Source: Faecalibaculum rodentium (GTDB taxonomy: Bacteria; Bacillota_I; Bacilli_A; Erysipelotrichales; Erysipelotrichaceae). From it: 32,000 bases of DNA. The DNA is taken from assembly GCF_001564455.1 (NCBI RefSeq), contig NZ_CP011391.1:1740001-1772000 (forward strand), written 5' to 3'. The notes beneath the pieces were generated by a model. The model worked only from the letters and a program-made list of their open reading frames with translations, did not search any database and was not told where the DNA came from. Position numbers and translations under genes: made by a program. How positions within the stretch are numbered: position 1 is the first letter of the stretch; every line of letters begins with the position of its first letter. Positions 7,611 to 15,347 of the stretch are shown here, piece after piece.

Positions 7611-9220
7611 TTCTGTATGACTCCCAGGAGTTTCAGTTGTTCTTCTATTTTCTTCTCCAGCTCCTGGATTTCCATGTCATCTTGTCGAATCTGTTTAAGT
7701 ACTTCCTGCAAGTCGATTTCTTCTTCTGGTTCAGACGTATCTACATATCTGGGGATATTCAGGTTAAAGTCATTTTTCTCAATTTCCTCCCTGGACACCA
7801 GAGTTGCATATTTATCCACACTCTTGCGATCCAGGAATGTTGAGTAAATCTTGTCAATGTTATCTTCTGTCAGAACGTTCTTGTTTTTATCTTTCTTATA
7901 TTCGTTGCTGGCATCAATAAAAAGGATATTGCGGTCCTTTTTGTTTCTTTTGAGAACCATGATGATAGTCGGAATGGAAGTTCCGAAGAAAAGGTTTGCT
8001 GGAAGGCCGATGATTGTATCAATCAAATTCTTTTTAATCAGGGCTTCCCGAATCACACCTTCTGCTGCTCCCCGGAACAGAACACCATGTGGTAACACAA
8101 TGGCCATGGTTCCTTCATTGTTCAAATGATACAAACCGTGAAGTAGGAACGCATAATCTGCTTTGGATTTAGGAGCCACACGTCCATATTCCTTATATCT
8201 GGGGTCTTTAATGGTCCCTTCTTCCGGTTCCCATTTTGCCGAATATGGTGGATTCGCAACCACCGCTTCAAAAGCCCGCATATGGTCAATTCCCATAGCA
8301 TCCTGACCATCAGGCCAGTCTCTTCCCAGTGTATTGGCATTGGACAGGTGCATATTCTGATAATCAACACCATGCATCATCAGATTCATTCGAGCCAGGT
8401 TATAGGTGGTTGTGTTCATTTCCTGCCCATAGTAGTTGATGGCACCCTGTCTGTCCCCGCCTTTCAGCTCGGAACCTACTGTCAGCAGCAGAGATCCGGA
8501 TCCACAGGTAGGGTCATATACAGAGAAGGCATCATGGGTAGCTGTCATATCCTTGCCAGTAGTTACTATTTTGGCCATGATCACAGATACTTCATGCGGT
8601 GTATAAAATTCGCCGCCTTTTTTTCCGGCACTTGCAGCAAACTGCCCGATTAGATATTCGTAGATGGCACCCAGAATATCACGGCCTTTGTCATCGATAT
8701 AATCAATACCGGAAACAAGTTCTACGATTTTATTCAGAGTTTTTGCACGGTCAACTGTGGTAGTTCCGAGACGTGAGTCGCCCAGATTCACATCACTGAA
8801 GATTCCCTTGAAATCCACTTCGGCTTCCTTGTTTCGCTTGGTACTATCATTAAATGCATCGAAAATGTCCTGATAATCGCTTGGTTTTACACTGGAATTC
8901 TCGATTTTATCCTCCAGTGACTGCCAGGTGTTTTCCGGCTTGATCGCATATCCCAAAGACGAAGCCAGTTCTTCCAGATAGTCTTCCCATCCATCTTTTT
9001 TTACAGCGATAGCAAAAGCTTCATTCTCATTGATACCAGCTGGTATCTCAAACAATTCCTGCTCTTTCATATACATCATCTGCTTTTCGGATAGGTAACG
9101 ATAGAACATAAATGACAGTATATAGTTCTTATATTCCGAGGCATCCATTGTTCCCCGAAGCTTATTGGCCATAGCCCACAACGTGCTCTGGATTTCACTG
9201 ATACTTTTTTTCTCTCCCAT
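7607..9220 (-). CDS. hsdM: Type I restriction-modification system methyltransferase subunit HsdM (N6-adenine)
   Basis: The HsdM N-terminal region (LWAMANKLRG..YKNYILSFMFYRYLSE), SAM motif I DPTCGSGSLL and catalytic motif IV NPPYS are present. Start set to ATG 9220; the track start at 9238 is a TTG. Confidence 0.95.
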   Translation of the reverse strand: MGEKKSISEIQSTLWAMANKLRGTMDASEYKNYILSFMFYRYLSEKQMMYMKEQELFEIPAGINENEAFAIAVKKDGWEDYLEELASSLGYAIKPENTWQSLEDKIENSSVKPSDYQDIFDAFNDSTKRNKEAEVDFKGIFSDVNLGDSRLGTTTVDRAKTLNKIVELVSGIDYIDDKGRDILGAIYEYLIGQFAASAGKKGGEFYTPHEVSVIMAKIVTTGKDMTATHDAFSVYDPTCGSGSLLLTVGSELKGGDRQGAINYYGQEMNTTTYNLARMNLMMHGVDYQNMHLSNANTLGRDWPDGQDAMGIDHMRAFEAVVANPPYSAKWEPEEGTIKDPRYKEYGRVAPKSKADYAFLLHGLYHLNNEGTMAIVLPHGVLFRGAAEGVIREALIKKNLIDTIIGLPANLFFGTSIPTIIMVLKRNKKDRNILFIDASNEYKKDKNKNVLTEDNIDKIYSTFLDRKSVDKYATLVSREEIEKNDFNLNIPRYVDTSEPEEEIDLQEVLKQIRQDDMEIQELEKKIEEQLKLLGVIQK

Positions 9221-9268
9221 TTGAATTCTGCCTTTCAATATTCACAATATTGTTATTTATTATTCGAA

Positions 9269-10492
9269 TCAGACAAACATCTGTTGAAGAAGTCCCTGTT
9301 TAAGTTTCTTTAAATCATCCAACTTACGCTGATGAAGGGTGATAAGGTTGTCAATTATAGAAAATAACTCGCCTATTCTTTGCTGTTCTTTGATCCCCGG
9401 AATCATCAGTATAATCTTCCCAAGCTGTTTCCCTGAAATCTCGGAAAACGTAGATCCAGCTGCAACCCTTTCAGCCTTCTCCTTAATTTGTGTTGACATG
9501 GAATATACGAATTCTGGGTCAATATTATTCTTCACAACTATTGACTGAAAGCCCTGATTAGTTGAAGCGTCATTTTTAAGAATAGCAGTTTTACCTATTC
9601 CAGCTCTGCTGGTAAATAGAATTGTTCGATCTTTTGGCAAAATCTTTGCTGAAGAGTTATTCAAACCTACTTCAGTTATTTTCTTTTGGCTCCCATAGAC
9701 ATATCTTGCCTCTGAAATTTCTGCAGGAGTATACCAATTGATGGTTCCATCCCAATATTCTGGATTTGAAGTCGCAGGTGTTCCTCCACTCACTATCTCA
9801 GCCAATTCTCCCAGCTTACGCTGTTCCCAATCTCCAGTAAATTCAGGGAATCGCACTTCCGGAACAGTCTCTCCTGCCTTCGGAAACATCTTCTGAAGTA
9901 GGCCAGATTTAAATTTTTTGAGGTCATCCAGCTTACGCTGATGAAGGGTGATGAGGGCGTCAAATTCCTCAAAACATAATCCAATCTGAGATTGCTCATC
10001 CAAAGATGGAAAAACAACGTCTAAAGTTTGCAGATCAGAATTATGAAGATGGACTACTGATTTGCCTTGTGCTTTTGAAGCCAGTACTTTATGTAAATTA
10101 CCAGATGATAGTTCTATTGCCAGAAATACGGGATTTATGGCTTGGTTTGGCGTAATCACATTTAAATCTCCACCTAATATGATTCCGTCTGGCATTACAA
10201 CTGAAGCACGTGCAATCTCATCTGCTGTTTCTCCAGATGCAGGTACAACGACCTCCCCACCTTTCGATAATAACGATCCTGGCTTTTGGCCAGAACGAGT
10301 ATCAATCGAACTGAAAACTGTTTCGTAATCTGTATACAACCTCCCATACAGTATTATTGGTTTTCCTTCAGTAGATAGATCAGCTTTTGTGTATCCATTA
10401 CCTTTAGCAAAAGAAGCCATCTCCCCCAACTTACGCTGTTCCCAAGGTTCCGTGAAACCCGGAAACCTTATTTTCGGTACATTATCTGCCAT
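9269..10492 (-). CDS. hsdS: Type I R-M specificity subunit HsdS, full length (two TRDs, intact N-terminus and C-terminal helix)
   Basis: MADNVPKIRFPGFTEPWEQRKLG..., the central LITLHQRKLDDLKKFKSGLLQKMF...WEQRKLG, and the C-terminal LITLHQRKLDDLKKLKQGLLQQMFV are present. ATG 10492 has AAGGAGTGGAG upstream; the track GTG at 10507 sits immediately 3' of the AAGGAG core with no spacer. Confidence 0.9.
   Translation of the reverse strand: MADNVPKIRFPGFTEPWEQRKLGEMASFAKGNGYTKADLSTEGKPIILYGRLYTDYETVFSSIDTRSGQKPGSLLSKGGEVVVPASGETADEIARASVVMPDGIILGGDLNVITPNQAINPVFLAIELSSGNLHKVLASKAQGKSVVHLHNSDLQTLDVVFPSLDEQSQIGLCFEEFDALITLHQRKLDDLKKFKSGLLQKMFPKAGETVPEVRFPEFTGDWEQRKLGELAEIVSGGTPATSNPEYWDGTINWYTPAEISEARYVYGSQKKITEVGLNNSSAKILPKDRTILFTSRAGIGKTAILKNDASTNQGFQSIVVKNNIDPEFVYSMSTQIKEKAERVAAGSTFSEISGKQLGKIILMIPGIKEQQRIGELFSIIDNLITLHQRKLDDLKKLKQGLLQQMFV
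9321..9346 (-). repeat. rep-L copy, end of TRD2 of hsdS
   Basis: 26/26 identical to 5763-5788. Confidence 0.9.
9815..9833 (-). repeat. rep-W copy, start of TRD2 of hsdS
   Basis: cttacgctgttcccaatct is 19/19 identical to 6245-6263. Confidence 0.85.
9932..9952 (-). repeat. rep-L copy, end of TRD1 of hsdS
   Basis: cttacgctgatgaagggtgat is 21/21 identical to the cores of 5763-5788 and 9321-9346. Confidence 0.85.
10423..10445 (-). repeat. rep-W copy, start of TRD1 of hsdS
   Basis: cccccaacttacgctgttcccaa is 23/23 identical to 6238-6260. Confidence 0.9.
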
Positions 10493-10521
10493 ATTTATGC
10501 ACTCCACTCCTTTATTATCGG

Positions 10522-10550
10522 ATTGTTTCCTATATTTATATAATTTTCAA
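10522..10550 (-). promoter_or_regulatory. Candidate internal sigma-A-type promoter for hsdS-hsdM
   Basis: On the minus strand, TTGAAA (plus 10545-10550), a 17 nt spacer and AACAAT (plus 10522-10527) lie in the AT-rich 130 bp hsdR-hsdS gap. The -10 element matches only 4 of 6 positions. Confidence 0.3.
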
Positions 10551-10637
10551 TCCTCGTCAGTGTCTGGCTTAGTTGAAAACAATAATTTAACAAGCCCATA
10601 TCGGTACCGTTGATAAAATTTTGCGCTGTTTCCACGT

Positions 10638-13600
10638 TCATTCCTCCAGGCTCCTGCCCTCTTCAGTCAGACTGTCTGCCAGCGCATAGACCGCTGCTCT
10701 CAGACCATTGCGGTATTTCAGCCTGGAAAGGGACCGGATGGCTGGATCTTCCGCCATAACCTGATAGTTCTGGGCTCCTTCCTTCAAGATATTTGTCAGC
10801 TGACCTGCCATATCCAGATCCTGCTTTTCATAGCCATGATGTTTCATAAGATCCATTAGTTCCTGATAGGAAACTACATCGGTAATACCCCATTTGTTTC
10901 GGAAATCAAGCACCCGTTTCCGCACTGTGATCCGATTTACGTCACTGACCACATCCAGGCTGTTGGTCAACTGGTAGGGATAGGTCATCCCTGAATTCCG
11001 GGGTGGATACTCTTTGCGGATAATCGCCTTTGCCGCTGCAATGATCTGTTTTGCCTGTGGAATATCTTCCAGCGTATTCGCAAACTTGATGATTTCTTCC
11101 CTGGTCTTCTCGATTTCTTCCTCTTTTTCGTCATGTACCTGGTTCATCAGGTCCTCAAGCAGTTTTGTCAGATAATCGTAGTTGACCACCACATCTTTGC
11201 GAAGCTCCACCATCAAGTCTATGTCCGTTACGGGAATGTGCTGCTTTTTGGCCATCATCGACTTCATTTCATTGGTGAGCATTGTAAGCATCTGGTTCTC
11301 ACCGGACTCCATTCCCAGCATGATCACCAGCTTTTCCGGGTCATTGTAGTCATACCCTGAATCCGGAATGGGTTCCTTTGCGTCATTCATGGCCATCGGA
11401 TACTGCTTCAGCAGAGCCACTTTCCGGTTGAACTGCTGCATAACTTGATAGATATTGTTCTGCTCCTGTTCTGAAGCCGGTATCTGCGTAAAGTCATCGG
11501 TTTTTTCCCGGATTTCCTGGACCATTTCTTTCGCTTTGGCCAGTTCTTCTTCAAATGAGCCAGCCAGAATATCCCAGCCAACAAGAGCTCGCTGCTGCTC
11601 TCCAGAAGTCTTACCTGCATTTTTCTTGTCGGAATAGACTGCCAGGGCATCATTCATCAGCTTTTCATTCTGCTTCGGCCAGCGGAAGTTGACCACCTGG
11701 CCAAACTGCTTGTAGCTGCGGCTGGAAATCCGATTGGTGCGGGAATACGCCTGTACCAGGCCCGGACCTTTCAATGTGCGATCCACATATAGCGTGTTCA
11801 GGCAGGGAGCATCAAATCCTGTCAGCAGCCTGTCCACGACAATCACCAGATCCAGGTTGTTTCCATCCGGATCCAGCTGACGCAGCCTCATGGATACATC
11901 TTCGTTGTACTCCTGCACCGTATCGAGTCCAAATGTGGTCCCAAACTGTTTGTTGTAGGCTTCGATGGCTTCATGGAGACCTTTGTTGGTTTCACACATG
12001 CCATCAGAATTCGTGTTATCCGGGCTGAACGTCACTGCCACTTTGAGGTTCGTTCCATGGAGCTTCTTCTCATTGGCTTTCATGCATTCCCGGAAATACA
12101 TCATGGCCATGGGAGTGCTGGCTCTGCCTCCCCCCACATGTGTGGTCAGAATGGCGTTGTAGCGCCCATCCGCCGAGCGGTTCTTCCAGTTCTTGTAGAT
12201 GTTATCCACCACGGCTTCCACATGCCTGGGGTTTTCGTCATAGAAGCTGGGAGCCACCATATCATCCATATCTTCATCTGTCAGGTTGTCGATCTTGTCC
12301 TGAATCTTTTCCTCAGACCAGTTGGGATGCTGGCTACGGAAAAATTCAGGCAGATACTTGGTTTTGACCGCATCCGAAGCCAGCGTGGTCATGAAATCGA
12401 CCTTGAATCCCAGAACGTTCTTGTCTGCGATGGCTTCCCGAATGGTATAGGTGTGCAGGTTGTTGCCAAAGACCTGGGGTGTGGAATCCTTTTCCTTGGT
12501 ATCATCGAATATCGGCGTGCCTGTATAACCGATCCAGGCAGACTTCTTGAATGCCTTCTGGATTCTCTCAAAAGCCTGTCCCCCGGTGGACCGATGTGCT
12601 TCATCCACAATGAACACAAAATTGCGGTCCGGTGCCTTGAAGTTTTTCCGGGAGGCAAGGCGCTCCAGTTTCTGCACTGAGGTCACAATGATGTTGCTGT
12701 CCTTTGCCTTCAGCTTCCGGCTCAGCTCGTTGGTGCTGGCTGTATCTTCAATGCTGCTCGTATCTCCCGAGCCTTCGGGATCATAGGCACGATAATTGTC
12801 TCTGGTCTGGCTGGTCAGGGCTTTTCGGTCTACCAGGAACACGACTTTGTCCACGGTCGGCAGCTTGCTGGCAAGCCAGGCCGTCTTGAAGGATGTGATG
12901 GTCTTGCCGGAACCGGTGGTATGCCAGACATATCCCAGTTTTCCCAGGCCACCGCTGAAATCATTGCCCTTGATAGCATCCAGGACCCGCTGGGTGGCCG
13001 CCACCTGGTAAGGGCGCATGACTTTCAGCGTTTCCTTGTTCACGGTTCCGTCAAGGATCATGTAGTTGGTGGCCATGTTGTGAGCCATGGGAATGGACAG
13101 GAAGGTGTCGGTGAACTCATTCCAGCGGCGGACCACATTGTTGTTGTCAAAGAACTGCCAGTGGAAGGCGAAGTCCTTGTTGAAGTTTCCCGGAGTGGTC
13201 CTGGCCATATACCGGGTATTGTATTCGGACATGGCCACCAGAATCTGCACCGTGGAGAAAATACCACTGTACTGATTCTCCTCGGTGTATTGCTGCATCT
13301 GGTTCAGTGCCCGCTCTACGGTGACATCCGAGCGCTTCAGTTCGATCTGGATGATCGGCAGTCCATTGATCAGTAACGTCACGTCAAACCGCCGTGACGG
13401 CTTTCCGGAAATCACGGCTGGGCGTTCAACCTGATTCACGACCTGATACACCGTGCTGCCGGCTCCCACCTGGGACTGGTCAAAGACTGTCAGATACACG
13501 TGGCGGCCGTCATCCAGATCCACCTCCACCTGGGAAACACCGTTCATCCCATAGAGAAACTGACCGGCTTTGAAGGGTGTGGTCAGGGATTCGATTTCCC

Positions 13601-13853
13601 GCTTCACCTGTGCAAACTCGGTGTAGCTCAACGGCCTGTCCAGAGTCTGCTGGTTGTGACTTTCCAGGATTTCCTTGAAATTCTGCCACAGCTGTTCCGT
13701 GGTCTTGATCTGCGGTTCATAGGTCCAGTTTCTGGACCGGTAAATGTGGCTGGGTCTCTTTCTGTCCTCTTCTGTGGACAGAGGAGAGTTGGAAAGCTTT
13801 TCGATGAGTTCCGCTTCGAACTGGGCTTCCGACTTCATTTGGCTACTGTTCAT
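10638..13853 (-). CDS. hsdR: Type I restriction endonuclease subunit HsdR (nuclease + SF2 helicase/translocase)
   Basis: The N-terminal PD-(D/E)xK region (DVTLLINGLPIIQIELKR), Walker A TGSGKT and the DEAH box (VDEAHRS) are present. The 1071 aa length is typical. AAGGAA lies 7 nt upstream of ATG 13853. Confidence 0.95.
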   Translation of the reverse strand: MNSSQMKSEAQFEAELIEKLSNSPLSTEEDRKRPSHIYRSRNWTYEPQIKTTEQLWQNFKEILESHNQQTLDRPLSYTEFAQVKREIESLTTPFKAGQFLYGMNGVSQVEVDLDDGRHVYLTVFDQSQVGAGSTVYQVVNQVERPAVISGKPSRRFDVTLLINGLPIIQIELKRSDVTVERALNQMQQYTEENQYSGIFSTVQILVAMSEYNTRYMARTTPGNFNKDFAFHWQFFDNNNVVRRWNEFTDTFLSIPMAHNMATNYMILDGTVNKETLKVMRPYQVAATQRVLDAIKGNDFSGGLGKLGYVWHTTGSGKTITSFKTAWLASKLPTVDKVVFLVDRKALTSQTRDNYRAYDPEGSGDTSSIEDTASTNELSRKLKAKDSNIIVTSVQKLERLASRKNFKAPDRNFVFIVDEAHRSTGGQAFERIQKAFKKSAWIGYTGTPIFDDTKEKDSTPQVFGNNLHTYTIREAIADKNVLGFKVDFMTTLASDAVKTKYLPEFFRSQHPNWSEEKIQDKIDNLTDEDMDDMVAPSFYDENPRHVEAVVDNIYKNWKNRSADGRYNAILTTHVGGGRASTPMAMMYFRECMKANEKKLHGTNLKVAVTFSPDNTNSDGMCETNKGLHEAIEAYNKQFGTTFGLDTVQEYNEDVSMRLRQLDPDGNNLDLVIVVDRLLTGFDAPCLNTLYVDRTLKGPGLVQAYSRTNRISSRSYKQFGQVVNFRWPKQNEKLMNDALAVYSDKKNAGKTSGEQQRALVGWDILAGSFEEELAKAKEMVQEIREKTDDFTQIPASEQEQNNIYQVMQQFNRKVALLKQYPMAMNDAKEPIPDSGYDYNDPEKLVIMLGMESGENQMLTMLTNEMKSMMAKKQHIPVTDIDLMVELRKDVVVNYDYLTKLLEDLMNQVHDEKEEEIEKTREEIIKFANTLEDIPQAKQIIAAAKAIIRKEYPPRNSGMTYPYQLTNSLDVVSDVNRITVRKRVLDFRNKWGITDVVSYQELMDLMKHHGYEKQDLDMAGQLTNILKEGAQNYQVMAEDPAIRSLSRLKYRNGLRAAVYALADSLTEEGRSLEE

Positions 13854-14427
13854 TCCCGATTCCTTTCAGGCTGGCCATGACCAGCTTTTCTCTGTTTTGT
13901 ATGGATTTTTCACGCAGGAACGTCAGACGTTTCTGCCACAGATAGACTTCGCCGATGGCTTTCTGGACCTCCATCTTCGGGAGGGGTGGAAGCTGCAGAC
14001 TTTCCAGGTCTTTCACTGTAACTCGCTGCAACTGATTACCCTGCAGTCTGGAGGCCAGCTGTTTCCGGATGCCGGATCCTTCGTTGAGAAGATAGACCAG
14101 ATACCCCGGATCCAGCACACTTTCCGGCCGCAACACCAGATAATTCTGGCTGATTATGCATCCTCCGCTTCCCTCGCTGACCGGACTGGCTGTCTGGCTG
14201 GACTGGGAATACACAACATCCCCTGTCTGAATCGTCCAGACATCTTCAGGAAAAGAAATCATGGGTTGCGCAGCTTCCTCAATCTGCTCTCCAGTGAGGT
14301 CTGCCGCAAACTGCTCCTGTGTATAGACAGGCTTCACGACACCATCTGTCAGATGCTGGAATCGCTGCAGCGGAAGTCCGGACCGGACGCTGAAATGATT
14401 CTTTGTCTTATGATTTACTGTTTTCAT
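13843..14427 (-). CDS. Half-size (single-TRD) HsdS-like protein, overlapping the hsdR start by 11 nt
   Basis: The 194 aa product shows a TRD-like pattern (GDVVYS...IISQNYLVLRP....LDPGYLVYLLNS......L......Q..V.VKDLESLQLPPLP..EVQKAIG), followed by a single C-terminal helix. It lacks the WEQRKLG and LITLHQRK motifs of the other S genes in the locus. Confidence 0.65.
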   Translation of the reverse strand: MKTVNHKTKNHFSVRSGLPLQRFQHLTDGVVKPVYTQEQFAADLTGEQIEEAAQPMISFPEDVWTIQTGDVVYSQSSQTASPVSEGSGGCIISQNYLVLRPESVLDPGYLVYLLNEGSGIRKQLASRLQGNQLQRVTVKDLESLQLPPLPKMEVQKAIGEVYLWQKRLTFLREKSIQNREKLVMASLKGIGNEQ

Positions 14428-14504
14428 AGTTTAATCGCCATCACCTGCATTAAATGTATCCGTTTGCAGAACAAAAAGCAAGAAGGAAATCCACTTTTAA
14501 TTTT

Positions 14505-14522
14505 GTAATATGTTCATATTAC
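14505..14522. promoter_or_regulatory. 18-bp palindrome upstream of the R-M operon (candidate operator)
   Basis: GTAATATG-TT-CATATTAC has perfect 8 bp arms. It lies 78 nt upstream of the half-hsdS ATG, in the AT-rich promoter region. Confidence 0.3.
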
Positions 14523-14537
14523 TGTTTTAAGTGTTTC

Positions 14538-14578
14538 AGGAAAGAAAACGTGGATGCCTGCACTCTGCAGACATCCAC
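14538..14578 (-). terminator. Rho-independent terminator after the alpha/beta hydrolase gene
   Basis: The hairpin at 14550-14578 (GTGGATGCCTGCA-CTC-TGCAGACATCCAC) pairs at 12 of 13 positions. On the minus strand it is followed by GTTTTCTTTCC. It starts 65 nt after the stop at 14643. Confidence 0.75.
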
Positions 14579-14642
14579 AATATCAATACGATTCAGCTGT
14601 AGACACAGTCCCTCAATCTGCCTGATTCATTACCGCCGGCAG

Positions 14643-15308
14643 TCACTCACCCTCCAGAAACGCCCGCACCATTTCGTTGAACGCCTTCGGACTCTCCGCC
14701 GCATTCCAGTGACTGCCTGGCAGGATGACGAGCCGGCTGTCCGGAACGGACTCTGCCATCAGCCTCGTGTGCTCTTCCAGGATCACATCCTCGCTTCCTG
14801 CCGTCACCAGTACCGGCATCGTGAGCTTCTTCAGCTCATCCGGCTGGACATGTGGTTCGTTCACCATCAGCGACAGGAGTTCCTTCTGATGCCCAGTCGC
14901 CGTTTTGTATTCTGCCCTGACCTCTTCCAGGTCCTTCGGGTCCATTCCCTCCGGAAACAGGTTGCCGCCTGCCAGGATCAGCTTTGTGACTCTCTCTGGA
15001 TGGTTCAGCGCGAACAACAGCGCGATATTGGCTCCATCGGAAAAACCGAGGAGCTCTGCCTGTTCGATGCCGTTCTGGTCCATGAATTCCTCCAGGTCCC
15101 TGGCAAACTGGTCCAGAGTGAAGGGTGCCGTTCCTCTCGGGCTTAGCCCATGCCCTCTTGTGTCCAGGGCATAGACATGCCGCAAGTTCTGCAGGTCTTT
15201 GATCTGGTGCCGGAAATACGACCGGTCTTCCCCGTTGCCATGGAGCAGGATCAGAGGAATCCCGCTTCCCGCTTCCTCATATGCCGGCTGAAAGCCCTCT
15301 TCTCTCAT
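14643..15308 (-). CDS. Alpha/beta hydrolase fold protein
   Basis: The oxyanion region ILLHGNGED and the nucleophile elbow GFSDGA (G-x-S-x-G type) are present. The 221 aa length fits a small esterase or lipase-like hydrolase. Confidence 0.8.
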   Translation of the reverse strand: MREEGFQPAYEEAGSGIPLILLHGNGEDRSYFRHQIKDLQNLRHVYALDTRGHGLSPRGTAPFTLDQFARDLEEFMDQNGIEQAELLGFSDGANIALLFALNHPERVTKLILAGGNLFPEGMDPKDLEEVRAEYKTATGHQKELLSLMVNEPHVQPDELKKLTMPVLVTAGSEDVILEEHTRLMAESVPDSRLVILPGSHWNAAESPKAFNEMVRAFLEGE

Positions 15309-15347
15309 GATCTGCCCCTGCCGGCCATCATCGGCAGGATGGAAGGC

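Larger units (their letters stand above)
4404..14537. mobile_element. Putative integrase-associated genomic island carrying a Type I R-M system (boundaries approximate)
   Basis: A tyrosine integrase sits at the left end. The interior is visibly AT-richer than both flanks, most strongly at 5.6-10.6 kb. Hairpins belonging to the flanking genes bracket it (4375-4403, 14550-14578). No att direct repeats or tRNA were found by eye. Confidence 0.4.

Noticed and set aside
5738-10507. Classical inversion shufflon (inverted repeats between hsdS and hsdS') as in known phase-variable Type I systems
   Set aside because: All eight rep-W and rep-L copies read in the same orientation on the plus strand. I found no copy of the reverse complement (cagcgtaag...) anywhere in the window. 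Inversion-based switching is therefore not supported, and the locus is reported as an orientation anomaly instead.
15309-15347. 6-bp hairpin (CTGCCG-GCCATCAT-CGGCAG) between amrS and the hydrolase gene as an internal terminator
   Set aside because: The stem is short and no T-tract follows. The hydrolase Shine-Dalgarno and ATG follow immediately, so read-through within one operon is more likely.
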